Origin: Succiniclasticum sp.
Lineage (GTDB): Bacteria > Bacillota > Negativicutes > Acidaminococcales > Acidaminococcaceae
DNA: 64,000 nt
Direction: 5' to 3'
Assembly: GCA_047835465.1 (NCBI GenBank)
Contig: CP181265.1
Span: 297,257-361,256 of the forward strand
Below the pieces are notes generated by a model. That model ran no database searches and was not told where the DNA came from. It saw only the letters and a list, made by a program, of their open reading frames with translations. The position numbers and the translations under genes are program-made. Positions 1 to 9,866 of the stretch are shown in pieces; the stretch's first letter is position 1; every line of letters begins with the position of its first letter.

Positions 1-1
1 A

Positions 2-694
2 CTGCGCGCCATCTGCGCTATCGCCAACGGCGGCGAACTGTTGAAACCGTACATTATCGACCGCATTGTCGCCCCGAACGGCGAAGTCATCCGCAAAGGC
101 AGCAAGCAGGTCGTGCGCAACGTCATCACGCCCGAAGTGGCGGCGCAGATGCGCACCATGATGGAAAAAGTGGTCAGCGAAGGCGGCGGCAAGACCGCCC
201 GCATCAAAGGCTACCGCATTGCCGGCAAGACCGGCACGGCCCAGAAGATTTCCCCATACGGCGGCTACGCACCGGGTGAATACATCGCTTCGTTCGTCGG
301 CTTTGTGCCGGCAGACAAACCGCAGCACGCCATGCTCGTCGTCCTGGACAATCCGCGGGGCGCCTTCTACGGGTCCCAGGTATCGGCACCTATCTTCCGC
401 GATACGCTGCAGCAGATTCTCGTGGCCAAAGGCATCCAGCCTTCGGACAGCACGGCCCTGCCTTCCTTTGAGGGCAAGGATACGGGAGACCGGTCGGTAC
501 CGTCGTTGACTCCGAGCGGCAGCAACTGGATCCTGCCGAGTTTCCAGGGACTGGACAGCCGTACCATTGCCAAGATCCTGCAGACGGGCAGACTGGTGCT
601 GGAACCCTACGGCAGCGGGACGGCGTACCAGCAGGCCCCGGCGCCGGGCTCGGAGGTGGCGCCTGGTTCCAAGGTGGAGGTCTGGTTCCACTAG
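2..694 (+). CDS. Class B penicillin-binding protein (FtsI/SpoVD-like), 3' part: transpeptidase C-terminus plus PASTA domain; begins before the window
   Basis: KTG motif (AGKTGTAQK), [11 protein letters not shown] and a C-terminal PASTA-like segment ([16 protein letters not shown]). Confidence 0.85.
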   Translation: MRAICAIANGGELLKPYIIDRIVAPNGEVIRKGSKQVVRNVITPEVAAQMRTMMEKVVSEGGGKTARIKGYRIAGKTGTAQKISPYGGYAPGEYIASFVGFVPADKPQHAMLVVLDNPRGAFYGSQVSAPIFRDTLQQILVAKGIQPSDSTALPSFEGKDTGDRSVPSLTPSGSNWILPSFQGLDSRTIAKILQTGRLVLEPYGSGTAYQQAPAPGSEVAPGSKVEVWFH

Positions 695-839
695 ACCCCG
701 GTTCCTGGTTTTACAACAGTTGGTTTTCCGGAATCCCTGTTTTGGGGTTCCCTGCAGCATTGTCATACAGCAAGTTCCGGGAGGACTGCCGGCGCGCGCC
801 GGCAGCTCCCACACTTACGTCAAAAGGATGGAGGACAAT

Positions 840-2510
840 ATGCTTACGGATATTGAAATCGCACAGCAGTGCAAGATGCTTCCCATTACGGAAATTGCCG
901 CACAGCTTGGCATCGGCGAGGAAGACCTCGAATTGTACGGCCGCTACAAGGCGAAATTGTCGTACGGCCTGCTGGACAAGATTGCGAAGAACAAACCGGG
1001 CAAACTGGTCCTGGTGACGGCGATTACGCCGACGCCGGCAGGCGAAGGCAAGTCCACGACGACGGTCGGCCTGGCCCAGGGTCTTGCCAAAATCGGGAAA
1101 AAGGCCATCGTTGCCCTGCGGGAACCCTCTCTGGGACCTTGCTTCGGTGTCAAAGGCGGCGCCGCCGGCGGCGGGTACTCCCAGGTCGTGCCCATGGAAG
1201 ACATCAACCTGCACTTCACGGGAGATTTCCATGCGATTACGTCGGCTCACATGCTCCTGTCCGCCATGGTCGACAACTCCATCCATCAGGGAAATCCGCT
1301 GCACATCGATCCGCGCCGTGTCGTCTGGAAACGCGTCGTCGACATGAATGACCGCGAGCTGCGCCACATCGTGGCCGGGCTCGGCGGCAAGGCGTCCGGC
1401 GTGCCCCGTGAAGACGGGTTCGACATTACGGTCGCGTCGGAAGTCATGGCTATCCTGTGCCTGAGCACGAGCCTGCATGACCTCAAGGAACGGCTGAAAC
1501 GCATTGTTGTCGCCTACACCTACGACGGCAAGCCGGTAACGGCGAATGACGTCCATGCGGCGGGCGCCATGGCGGCCCTGTTGAAGGACGCCATCAAGCC
1601 GAACCTGGTCCAGACCCTGGAACACGTTCCGGCCCTGGTTCACGGCGGCCCCTTCGCCAACATCGCCCACGGCTGCAACAGCGTCATGGCGACGCAGACG
1701 GCGCTGCGCCTGGCAGAATACACCATCACGGAGGCAGGCTTCGGTGCTGACCTGGGCGCGGAAAAATTCTTTGACATCAAGAGCCGCTTTGCCGGCCTTC
1801 ATCCGGACGCCTGCGTCATCGTCGCCACGGTCCGTGCCCTCAAGATGCACGGCGGCGTGCCGAAAGACAAGCTGAAGGAACCGAACGTGGACGCGGTCCG
1901 CGCCGGTTTGGAAAACCTGGGCAAGCACATCGAGAACGTCTTCAAGTTCGGCGTTCCCAGCGTGGTAGCCATCAACATCTTCGCCCAGGATACGAAAGAA
2001 GAATTACAGGCAGTGTATGATTACTGCCAGGGCATGGGCGTCGAAGTGGCGCTGAGCGATGTCTTCGCCAAGGGCGGCGAAGGCGGCATAGAACTGGCGA
2101 AAGAAGTGGTCAAGCTGGCCGAAGGCGGCACGGCCCATTTCGCCCCGATCTATCCGCTCGACATGCCGCTGAAACAGAAAATCGAAACCATTGCCAAGGA
2201 AATCTATGGCGCCGGCAAAGTGCAGTTCGAGCCCAAAGCTTCCCAGGTCCTGGACCAGTACCAGGCGGAAGGCTACGGCACCATGCCGGTCTGCATGGCC
2301 AAGACGCAGAACTCTCTGTCGGACAATCCGAACCTGAAAGGGGCGCCGACGGACTTCACGCTCCACGTGACCGATGCGAAAGTCAGTGCCGGGGCCGGGT
2401 TTGTGGTCGTCTATACCGGCAGCATCCTGACCATGCCGGGCCTGCCCAAACATCCGGCGGCGGAGAACATCGACGTCACGGACGACGGCAAGATTACAGG
2501 CCTGTTCTGA
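840..2510 (+). CDS. fhs: Formate--tetrahydrofolate ligase
   Basis: MLTDIEIAQ start after GGAGG; [28 protein letters not shown] and CMAKTQ signatures. Confidence 0.97.
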   Translation: MLTDIEIAQQCKMLPITEIAAQLGIGEEDLELYGRYKAKLSYGLLDKIAKNKPGKLVLVTAITPTPAGEGKSTTTVGLAQGLAKIGKKAIVALREPSLGPCFGVKGGAAGGGYSQVVPMEDINLHFTGDFHAITSAHMLLSAMVDNSIHQGNPLHIDPRRVVWKRVVDMNDRELRHIVAGLGGKASGVPREDGFDITVASEVMAILCLSTSLHDLKERLKRIVVAYTYDGKPVTANDVHAAGAMAALLKDAIKPNLVQTLEHVPALVHGGPFANIAHGCNSVMATQTALRLAEYTITEAGFGADLGAEKFFDIKSRFAGLHPDACVIVATVRALKMHGGVPKDKLKEPNVDAVRAGLENLGKHIENVFKFGVPSVVAINIFAQDTKEELQAVYDYCQGMGVEVALSDVFAKGGEGGIELAKEVVKLAEGGTAHFAPIYPLDMPLKQKIETIAKEIYGAGKVQFEPKASQVLDQYQAEGYGTMPVCMAKTQNSLSDNPNLKGAPTDFTLHVTDAKVSAGAGFVVVYTGSILTMPGLPKHPAAENIDVTDDGKITGLF

Positions 2511-2532
2511 GCCTGCCTGGAGGAGAAACGTT

Positions 2533-3363
2533 ATGGAATGCATCCGGATGGCGGGCAAGCCCGTCGCCGAAGAATACCGCGCCGCCGTTACGGCGCGGGT
2601 GACGGCCGCCAAAGCCCGGGGACAGAAGGTCACCCTGGCCATCGTCACGGTGGGGAAGGACCCGGCGTCCTTCGTCTACCGGGGCCGTCTGCTGAAAATG
2701 ACCGAGAGCATCGGCGCGTCCAGCGTCTGCGTCGAATTGCCGGAAACGGCTGCGACGGCAGATGTCCTGGCCGCCCTAGCCAAACTGAATGAAGACCCGG
2801 CCGTCACGGGCATCCTGCCCATGATGCCCATGCCGAAACAGATCGACAGCCGGGCAGTGGGCGCCGCCCTGGCGCCGGAAAAAGACGTGGACTGCCTCCA
2901 TCCGGCCAACATGGGCGCCCTCTTTCTGGGAGAAGGCCGCTGGGCGGCCTGCACGCCCCGTGCCTGCCTGGCGACGCTGCATCATTACGGCATCGCCCTC
3001 GACGGGAAACGGGCCGTCGTTCTGGGCCGCAGCAACGTGGTCGGGAAACCGGTGGCCCTGCTGCTCCTGCAGGAAAACTGCACGGTGACGGTGTGCCACT
3101 CCCACACGCAGAACCTGCCGGCTCTGCTGCGGGAAGCGGATATCATTGTTGCAGCGATTGGCAAAGCGGACTTCGTGAAACCGGACATGGTGAAAGAAGG
3201 AGCCGTTCTCGTCGATGTGGGCATCAATGTCACGGACCAGGGCCTGCGCGGAGATATCGATCCTGCCGCGGCGGCGAAAGCATCGGCTTACACGCCGGTG
3301 CCCGGCGGCATCGGCGCTGTCAGCAACATGATGATGATGGATGCCCTGACCCGGAACTTGTGA
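2533..3363 (+). CDS. folD: Bifunctional methylene-THF dehydrogenase/cyclohydrolase
   Basis: KDVDC, CTPRA, GRSNVVGKP, DVGIN and TPVPGGIG motifs; directly after fhs. Confidence 0.95.
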   Translation: MECIRMAGKPVAEEYRAAVTARVTAAKARGQKVTLAIVTVGKDPASFVYRGRLLKMTESIGASSVCVELPETAATADVLAALAKLNEDPAVTGILPMMPMPKQIDSRAVGAALAPEKDVDCLHPANMGALFLGEGRWAACTPRACLATLHHYGIALDGKRAVVLGRSNVVGKPVALLLLQENCTVTVCHSHTQNLPALLREADIIVAAIGKADFVKPDMVKEGAVLVDVGINVTDQGLRGDIDPAAAAKASAYTPVPGGIGAVSNMMMMDALTRNL

Positions 3364-3375
3364 GGAGAGCGGTCC

Positions 3376-3804
3376 ATGCGCAAAGTAGTGTGGCTCCTGG
3401 CCTTCGGGCTGTGGACGGCCTTGATTTTCTACAATTCCAGCCTTCCGGGCACGCAGTCCCACCAGGCCAGCTGGTGGCTGGCAGACGTGGCGGAACAGCT
3501 GGGCAGCATCTTTGCCGGCTTCCCGCCGGCAGAGGTCCTGGAACGGGCCCTGCGGAAACTGGCCCATTTCTTCGAATATTTTTGTCAGGGACTTCTGGCG
3601 TGCCGCCTTTTCGGTGTCTACGGATGGGCCCGCCGGGCGTCCCACGGGTATATTCTGCTGGCAGGACTGCTGACGGCGGTCTGTGACGAATACCTGCAGG
3701 CAGTCGTTCCCGGGCGCAACGGTGCCATTGCCGACATCCTGCTCGATTTCGTCGGCACCATGACGGCGTGGGGAACCTGGCAGATTACCCATTGGAAGCG
3801 TTGA
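3376..3804 (+). CDS. VanZ-like membrane protein
   Basis: RKLAHFFEY and DEYLQ..VPGR...ADILLD VanZ family motifs. Confidence 0.85.
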   Translation: MRKVVWLLAFGLWTALIFYNSSLPGTQSHQASWWLADVAEQLGSIFAGFPPAEVLERALRKLAHFFEYFCQGLLACRLFGVYGWARRASHGYILLAGLLTAVCDEYLQAVVPGRNGAIADILLDFVGTMTAWGTWQITHWKR

Positions 3805-3821
3805 CACAGGAGGTGTCTACT

Positions 3822-4697
3822 ATGACGCAGATGCAAAAACAATGCCGTGCGGAACGGCGAAACCGCGGATTCCAGGCCCGTTGGACGGGCCGGCTGGCGG
3901 CCCTGCTCGTGGCAGGAGTCTGCCTGACCGGGGCCCTCGCGCCCGCGCCGTCTGTCTTTGCAGCGGAAGCGGACGGTTCCAGTGTCAAGACGGTGCAGGA
4001 GGCACAGAAAGCCCGGCAGCAGGCCAAGCAGGAAGCTCTGTCTTCGTATTTTGTGACAAAAGGCAAAAAGCTGGATGCTGCTGTAGCGCGCCTGACCGCC
4101 GTGGACAGTGCCAAAACCGGCCTGACTGCCGGCGGTGCCTACGATTATCGTATGGACAAGGAACTGACAGGTGGATATTTCCGTCACGTACGGGCCTATG
4201 CGAAGGGAACGGATACGATGGTCGGCGATTATCTGATTGCCAAAGACGATTCCTGCGTGTATCGCCGCTACCCCGGTGATACGGCCCGGACGGAACTGCT
4301 GGACGGAACGACGGAACGCCTCGTCGGTGCCGTCGATATCTATGCCGTCTACTCGAAAGTTCCAATCCAGGGCGTCGGCAAGGTGTTTGTGCGCGTGCCC
4401 GGCAACATACCGTACAAGCTGACCCTGACCAGCTTGGATGAGAACATCGCCCGCACGGATGCGGCCCAGGGGAGAGTTCTGGGCGTGGCCCGGGGCAAAG
4501 TGGTCATTCTGGCGGAAGCGGAAATCGGCGGATATGTCAAAACGGAGAAGCTGAAGTTCCGCGTCATTGACGAGAAGGACGCAGCCCGGGAAGACCGGTC
4601 CTACGGCGGCCCGCCGATCAGCATCGGCATCGGCTGGGGCTGGGGCTGGGGCCGGGATTGGGATGACTACGGCGGCGGCGTCGTCATCGGCATCTGA
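3822..4697 (+). CDS. Secreted hypothetical protein with probable Ig-like (Big_2) domain and Gly/Trp-rich C-terminus
   Basis: GGAGG RBS, N-terminal signal peptide (LAALLVAGVCL..APSVFA), SLDENIART..G.V..VARGKV.I pattern resembling Big_2. Confidence 0.65.
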   Translation: MTQMQKQCRAERRNRGFQARWTGRLAALLVAGVCLTGALAPAPSVFAAEADGSSVKTVQEAQKARQQAKQEALSSYFVTKGKKLDAAVARLTAVDSAKTGLTAGGAYDYRMDKELTGGYFRHVRAYAKGTDTMVGDYLIAKDDSCVYRRYPGDTARTELLDGTTERLVGAVDIYAVYSKVPIQGVGKVFVRVPGNIPYKLTLTSLDENIARTDAAQGRVLGVARGKVVILAEAEIGGYVKTEKLKFRVIDEKDAAREDRSYGGPPISIGIGWGWGWGRDWDDYGGGVVIGI

Positions 4698-4743
4698 CCC
4701 CGGAAGGCAGTTTCTTACAAAAAACAGCGCAGCAGAACAGAAA

Positions 4744-4804
4744 AAGGCCTCCGGCTCGTGTCGCGCCTGCCTGGTACAGGCAGGGAACACGGACCGGAGG
4801 CCCT
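4744..4804. terminator. Long hairpin between convergent genes, probable bidirectional terminator
   Basis: GGCCTCCGG...CCGGAGGCC outer stem enclosing CCTGCCTG-gta-CAGGCAGG. Confidence 0.6.
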
Positions 4805-4833
4805 TGTGTTTGTCTGGTGCCGGAATGAATCGG

Positions 4834-5553
4834 TCACTCCTGCGGAGCGGCCGGGGTCCCGGCGGGAGGTTCCAGCTCGAAACGGTAGCCGACACCCCAG
4901 ATGGTCTTGATGTTCCACTGCGGATGAGGGTACTCTTCCAGCTTTGCCCGGAGCCGCTTGATATGGGAATCGACAGTGCGGCTGTCGCCATAATAATCGT
5001 AACCCCAGAGACTGTCCAGCAGATTGTCCCGGGAGAACACTTTCGTCGGATTGGAGGCCAGAAGCCAGAGCAGCTCTTTTTCACGCTTCGTCAGATGGAC
5101 TTCCTGCCCGTCGATGGTGACCAGGTAATTGTCGATGTCGATGAACAGGTTGGCGGTCCGGATGGTGCGCACTTGTTTCTCCTCTTTGGGAATCCGGCGC
5201 AGAATAGCCCGGATGCGGGCCATGACTTCGGCCGGGCTGAACGGCTTGACCATGTAGTCGTCGGCTCCTGTGTCGAGGCCGAGAATTTTATCGCTGTCTT
5301 CACCACGGGCCGTGATCATGATGATGGGCACCGTCGATTTTTTACGGATGGAGCGGCAGACCTCGTACCCGTCCAGTTTCGGCATCATGACATCGAGCAG
5401 GACGATATCGATATCCCGCTCATAGCGGGCGAACAGCGCCAGGGCCTCTTCGCCGTCATGTGCGACATAGCAGGGATGGCCTTCCCGTTTTGCATATTCG
5501 ACAAGGATGTTGGTGATTTGTACGTTGTCATCCGCAATCAAGATTCTACCCAT
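4834..5553 (-). CDS. OmpR/PhoB-family response regulator
   Basis: ILIADD, LLDVMMP..DG, GADDY..KPF and winged helix (RTVDSHIKRLR, TIWGVGY). Confidence 0.95.
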   Translation of the reverse strand: MGRILIADDNVQITNILVEYAKREGHPCYVAHDGEEALALFARYERDIDIVLLDVMMPKLDGYEVCRSIRKKSTVPIIMITARGEDSDKILGLDTGADDYMVKPFSPAEVMARIRAILRRIPKEEKQVRTIRTANLFIDIDNYLVTIDGQEVHLTKREKELLWLLASNPTKVFSRDNLLDSLWGYDYYGDSRTVDSHIKRLRAKLEEYPHPQWNIKTIWGVGYRFELEPPAGTPAAPQE

Positions 5554-5753
5554 AAGAAACTCCTGTTATTTCGTGAATTATTTTTGGGAATTTACCCACG
5601 GTCCTGCGCGGTACGCAGATTTAATGCATATTTATATGTTTCTTTCCCTTATATTACCACACTTATTATATCTCAGAAACAAAAAATTGACAAAAAATAA
5701 CCACAAAAAGGCGTGGTTACGCAATTATTTTTTAAAAAATTGTGGAAAGCCGC

Positions 5754-5782
5754 TTGTAAAGCGAAATCTAGTGCTGTATAAT
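5754..5782 (+). promoter_or_regulatory. Sigma-A promoter of hup
   Basis: TTGTAA-17 bp-TATAAT in AT-rich intergenic region. Confidence 0.7.
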
Positions 5783-5838
5783 GAGCGTAAGCAAGGCCCA
5801 TTCACAATTCGGGGCCTCAAATTAAGGAGGATTGCACT

Positions 5839-6150
5839 ATGAACAAAAAAGAATTGATTGATGTTGCTGCAAAAGAAGCTGAGCTGTCCAAAAAAGACGT
5901 TGAGAAAGCTTTGAAAGCTCTCACGACGGCCATTGTCGACGAAGTTGCCAAGAAAGGCAAAGTACAGCTGATCGGTTTTGGTACCTTCGAAGCTCGCCAG
6001 CGCGCTTCCCGCAAGGGCAAGAATCCTCGTACCAAGAAAGAAATCATCATTCCGGCAGCTACTGTTCCGGCTTTCAAAGCGGGCAAAGCTTTCAAAGATG
6101 CTGTCAACGCCAAGAAGGGTGCCAAGAAAGCTAAGAAAGCAAAGAAATAA
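5839..6150 (+). CDS. hup: Histone-like DNA-binding protein HU with short Lys-rich tail
   Basis: MNKKELI, VQLIGFGTFE, GKNPRT and PAFKAGK HU signature. Confidence 0.97.
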   Translation: MNKKELIDVAAKEAELSKKDVEKALKALTTAIVDEVAKKGKVQLIGFGTFEARQRASRKGKNPRTKKEIIIPAATVPAFKAGKAFKDAVNAKKGAKKAKKAKK

Positions 6151-6177
6151 TTCTACTGTCGTATTGTCATAATTACC

Positions 6178-6206
6178 GCCCGGATTCTCCGAATCCGGGC
6201 TTTTTT
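6178..6206 (+). terminator. Intrinsic terminator after hup
   Basis: GCCCGGATTC-tcc-GAATCCGGGC followed by TTTTTT. Confidence 0.85.
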
Positions 6207-6237
6207 GCAAAGAAGGATCGATTGCGGGAGTCTTGAA

Positions 6238-6960
6238 ATGAAACAGATACAGCGGAAACAGGAACGGATGCAGGCCGGACGGCGCTGGGCGGGCTGTCTG
6301 GTACGCTGTCTGGCCGTTCTGGTGCTGGCTGGGGGAACGGCTGGAATCATACCGGGGACGGTGCGGCCGGTGCAGGCCGGGGAGATTGCCTACCGCACGT
6401 ATCTGGATCTCCGCCTGCCTAAAAAACAGGACGAGGCGTCGGCAACGGATTCTTCACAGGCGGCTGCCACGAAAGAGAACAAGACAGCCAAAAAAGACGG
6501 GAAGAAGGCTCCGAATGCAGCCAGCGATTTCACGCTGGAACAGCGGGAAAAACTAGGCAAGGAACGGACCGACATCCTGAGGCAGTGGGATACCATGACG
6601 CCGGAGCAGATGCGGGAAGCCATGGACCGGTTCCAGGACCACGTGGACGAGGAGCGGCTGAAGAACCTGACCGGTTCGGAACGGAAAGAATTCCAAAAGC
6701 AGCTGGAAGAACGGAAGAAGACGCGGGAGCGCCTGTCGAAGATGACAGAGGAACAGCGCCGGGAGTATTTCCAGAAACGGCGCGCCGCCATGGTGAAGAA
6801 GCAGTTGAAGTCCCTGTCGAAGGAAGAACGCAAGATTTTTCTGGAACGGGAAAAGCGGCGCCAGCAGCGGGCTGAAGAGTTCCGTGCCCGTTGGAAAGAA
6901 ATGACACCGGAAGAAAAACGGGAATGGGCGAAGAACCGGCCCATGCCGGGCGGTTTCTGA
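6238..6960 (+). CDS. Exported hypothetical protein with charged helical repeats (Spy/CpxP- or DUF3106-like)
   Basis: Signal peptide-like N-terminus; repeated [ML][TS]xE[QE]R/K motifs; directly upstream of the sensor kinase. Confidence 0.65.
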   Translation: MKQIQRKQERMQAGRRWAGCLVRCLAVLVLAGGTAGIIPGTVRPVQAGEIAYRTYLDLRLPKKQDEASATDSSQAAATKENKTAKKDGKKAPNAASDFTLEQREKLGKERTDILRQWDTMTPEQMREAMDRFQDHVDEERLKNLTGSERKEFQKQLEERKKTRERLSKMTEEQRREYFQKRRAAMVKKQLKSLSKEERKIFLEREKRRQQRAEEFRARWKEMTPEEKREWAKNRPMPGGF

Positions 6961-7046
6961 GCGAGCGGAAATACGATCCGGGATTGCCGGGTGACGGCGG
7001 GGAGATACAGCCTTTCAGCCGACAGAGGGAAGGAGTGTGACAGGCG

Positions 7047-8711
7047 ATGCAGGGAGGACGAGGAGCCGCATGGTTACGGTCGCTGCGGAGTCTTTTCGGG
7101 CGGCAGCGCATTGCCGTGCGGCTGATCAAGTACTTCGGACTGACACTCCTGGTTTCTGCCGGGGTCATGACGCTGTTGTTTTCCCACTTTTTTGAGGAGA
7201 ACTATGTCGGGCGCACGCAGCTGCAGATGTATCGTCGGGCACTGCAGATTGCGGATTTTGTCAAACTGGATAATCTGCGGCCTGTCAAGGAGGCAGATTC
7301 GTGGCAGCAGCTCGATGCCCGCCAGCAGTTCATGCGGAAAGTGGCGGCACTGACGGATGAGGACATCTGGATTGTGACGGCCGACGGCCGTGTGGAAATG
7401 TACGGCCATATTCCGCCACCGGTCGAGGAACGGGACAAGGTGCGGGAAGCGGCCGGCAGAATGGGACAGGGCCTGCAGGAAGAGATGGATTTTGTCCAGT
7501 CGGAATGGACCCGGCGCGCCCGGCGGAAACAGTTTGGGTTCGCACCGACGGAGTTTCGGAATACGACGATCGACCGCCTGCCGGAAAATGTTCGTGATAT
7601 TGCGCAAGCGGGACTTCGTGGCGAAACAATCATGACGGAACGCGAAAATGACCGCAGCTGGGACGTCGTCAGTTACGTGACGGCCCCGGTCGCTTCGTCT
7701 GACGGCAAAACGGCAGGCGTCGTTATTCTGCGGCAGCCTGTCTTCGGGTATCGGCGTGCCCTGCACGATATGGAACTGATTTATGCCTTCTGCCTCCTTG
7801 TGGCCATTATCCTTTCCTTTGCGGTTTCCGTGGCGCTGGCTCTCAAATTTTCGAGGCCCCTGCAGCGGATGAGGAATGTGACGGCACAGATGACGACGGG
7901 AGATTTTCATGTCCGCAGCGGCATCAAGCGTGATGATGAAATCGGCGAATTGGCGCAGTCGCTGGACCATATGGCGGAAATGCTCGAAAAGGTGCAGCAG
8001 GAACGGGAGCACATGGAACAGTCCCGCAAAGTCTTCATTTCAAATATCTCGCACGAGCTGCGGACGCCGGTCACGGTGGTCCGCGGCAGCCTGGAAGCCC
8101 TTCGGGACAAGATTGTGACAGACCCGGAAGAAGTGGCGCGGTATTACGAGAGCATGTATAACGAAGTTCTGTTCCAGCAGCGCCTGATCAACGACCTGCT
8201 GGAGTTGTCGCGGCTGCAGAATCCGGAGTTTTCCATCGACAAAAAGCCGTTGAATTTTGTGACGGTCCTGCAGGAAGCGGTCCGCAATGCCCGGCACCTG
8301 GGGCGGTCGAAACAAATTCGGGTTACGTCGGAATTCGACCGGGAGCTGTACCGGATGTCCGGTGACTACGGCCGGCTGGTACAGATGCTGCTTGTGTTCC
8401 TGGACAACTCTGTCAAATTCTCTCCGGAAGGAGGATCCATCGAAGTGGCCCTGCAGGGACGCAATGTGACCATTACGGACCATGGGAGCGGCATTTCGAA
8501 GGAAGACATGAAGCATATTTTCGAGCGGTTCTACCACTCTTTGGACGCTGCGAACAAGAACGGAACCGGCCTGGGGCTGACCATCGCCCACAGTATCTGC
8601 GATCGCCACGGCATCCAGTGCAGTGTCACCAGCGAGGAAGGCAAGGGAACCACGGTGACCCTTACCCTGCCGGAACCGGAAGCCGATGAGAGCGGAGAGA
8701 CCCAGGCATAA
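7047..8711 (+). CDS. Membrane sensor histidine kinase (HAMP, HisKA, HATPase)
   Basis: Two TM segments, DEIGELA HAMP, SHELRTP H-box, DNSVKF N-box, DHGSG and GTGLGL G-boxes. Confidence 0.95.
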   Translation: MQGGRGAAWLRSLRSLFGRQRIAVRLIKYFGLTLLVSAGVMTLLFSHFFEENYVGRTQLQMYRRALQIADFVKLDNLRPVKEADSWQQLDARQQFMRKVAALTDEDIWIVTADGRVEMYGHIPPPVEERDKVREAAGRMGQGLQEEMDFVQSEWTRRARRKQFGFAPTEFRNTTIDRLPENVRDIAQAGLRGETIMTERENDRSWDVVSYVTAPVASSDGKTAGVVILRQPVFGYRRALHDMELIYAFCLLVAIILSFAVSVALALKFSRPLQRMRNVTAQMTTGDFHVRSGIKRDDEIGELAQSLDHMAEMLEKVQQEREHMEQSRKVFISNISHELRTPVTVVRGSLEALRDKIVTDPEEVARYYESMYNEVLFQQRLINDLLELSRLQNPEFSIDKKPLNFVTVLQEAVRNARHLGRSKQIRVTSEFDRELYRMSGDYGRLVQMLLVFLDNSVKFSPEGGSIEVALQGRNVTITDHGSGISKEDMKHIFERFYHSLDAANKNGTGLGLTIAHSICDRHGIQCSVTSEEGKGTTVTLTLPEPEADESGETQA

Positions 8712-8749
8712 CGGCAGGAAGGGAGAGCAGACGAGAAAGGGGAAGTGCG

Positions 8750-9526
8750 ATGGAGTACGGATGTAAAGACCGGGTGGTCGTCATTTCCGGCGGTACGAGC
8801 GGTATCGGCCTGGCCGCCGCCCGCCTGTTCTGCCGCGACGGGGCGCGCGTGTTCCTGCTGGGGCGGTCCCGCGAACGGGGCATGGCAGCCTTGAACGAAC
8901 TGACTCCCCTGGTACCGGCCCGGAAGCCGGAAGAGGCACCGCGTCTTGTCTACGTCCATTGTGACGTGGCACGCCGCGGGGACTGCCAGTTTGCTGCAGC
9001 CGTGGTGCACGCGTATGGCGGCCGTGCAGACATCCTCGTCCACAGTGCCGGCGTATACTGCGAACAGAATTTGCAGGATGCGACAGAGAAAATGTACCGG
9101 ACCGTGATGGACATCAACGCAGGCGGCACGTTTTTCCTGACGCAGGCCCTGGTCCCGTTGATGGCAGAGGGCGGCTCCATTGTGACGGTGGCCAGTGACG
9201 CCGGTCTGGCGGGCAATCGGGGCTGCGCCTTGTACAGTGCGTCGAAAGGGGCTGTCGTGGCCATGACCCGGTCTCTGGCACTGGATCTGGCTCCCCGGAT
9301 CCGTGTAAATTGTGTATGTCCCGGTGACGTGGATACGCCGCTTCTGGAACGACAGCTGGCTGGTGCGGATTACACAAAGGAGGACATGGCTTTTTCCTAT
9401 CCCCTGGAGCGTATTGCCACGGCGGACGAAGTGGCCCATGTCATTGCGGCAGTGGCGTCGCCGGCGAACAGTTTTATGACTGGCGCCGTTGTGCCGGTGG
9501 ACGGTGGCATCACAGCGCAGGGATAA
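8750..9526 (+). CDS. SDR family oxidoreductase
   Basis: SGGTSGIG, YSASK catalytic motif, VNCVCPG. Confidence 0.93.
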   Translation: MEYGCKDRVVVISGGTSGIGLAAARLFCRDGARVFLLGRSRERGMAALNELTPLVPARKPEEAPRLVYVHCDVARRGDCQFAAAVVHAYGGRADILVHSAGVYCEQNLQDATEKMYRTVMDINAGGTFFLTQALVPLMAEGGSIVTVASDAGLAGNRGCALYSASKGAVVAMTRSLALDLAPRIRVNCVCPGDVDTPLLERQLAGADYTKEDMAFSYPLERIATADEVAHVIAAVASPANSFMTGAVVPVDGGITAQG

Positions 9527-9661
9527 GAGGCCGCGGCAGCGGGACAGCAAAAGACCCGATAACGCGCGCCGATCGCCGAAAAAGGGAGAATTTTCTTCAA
9601 GAAAATAAAAAATTTTTATTCCTTTTCCTGCACTTAGCAGGAATGTGAACAGATTGTGTCG

Positions 9662-9720
9662 AATACTTCCCAGCGAAAGAGGGGTGAAATTGCCTTTTTT
9701 CGGGGGAAGTATTTTCTTTT
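9662..9720 (+). terminator. Long hairpin with T-tract downstream of the SDR gene
   Basis: AATACTTCCC (9662-9671) pairs with GGGAAGTATT (9704-9713), followed by TTCTTTT. Confidence 0.55.
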
Positions 9721-9866
9721 GTGCAAACACGCCCCTTTCCCTCGGCCGAAGGGGAAGGTAGGATGTCTTATGATAAACAAATTTACATATGTTAAATCGG
9801 TGCGTTTTTTTATTTTTTCAATTTAATCTTTCTAATCAATCATTCCAATAAAGAAAGGTGGTTCAA

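Noticed and set aside
567-839. 91-aa N-terminal extension of Fhs in the ORF track
   Set aside because: It overlaps the PBP gene and the leader; the conserved start and RBS are at 840.
695-839. ZTP (pfl) or THF riboswitch upstream of fhs
   Set aside because: The conserved cores (GACUGGCG..., GCCUGGGC; THF AGAGUAG/AUCCGCU) were not found.
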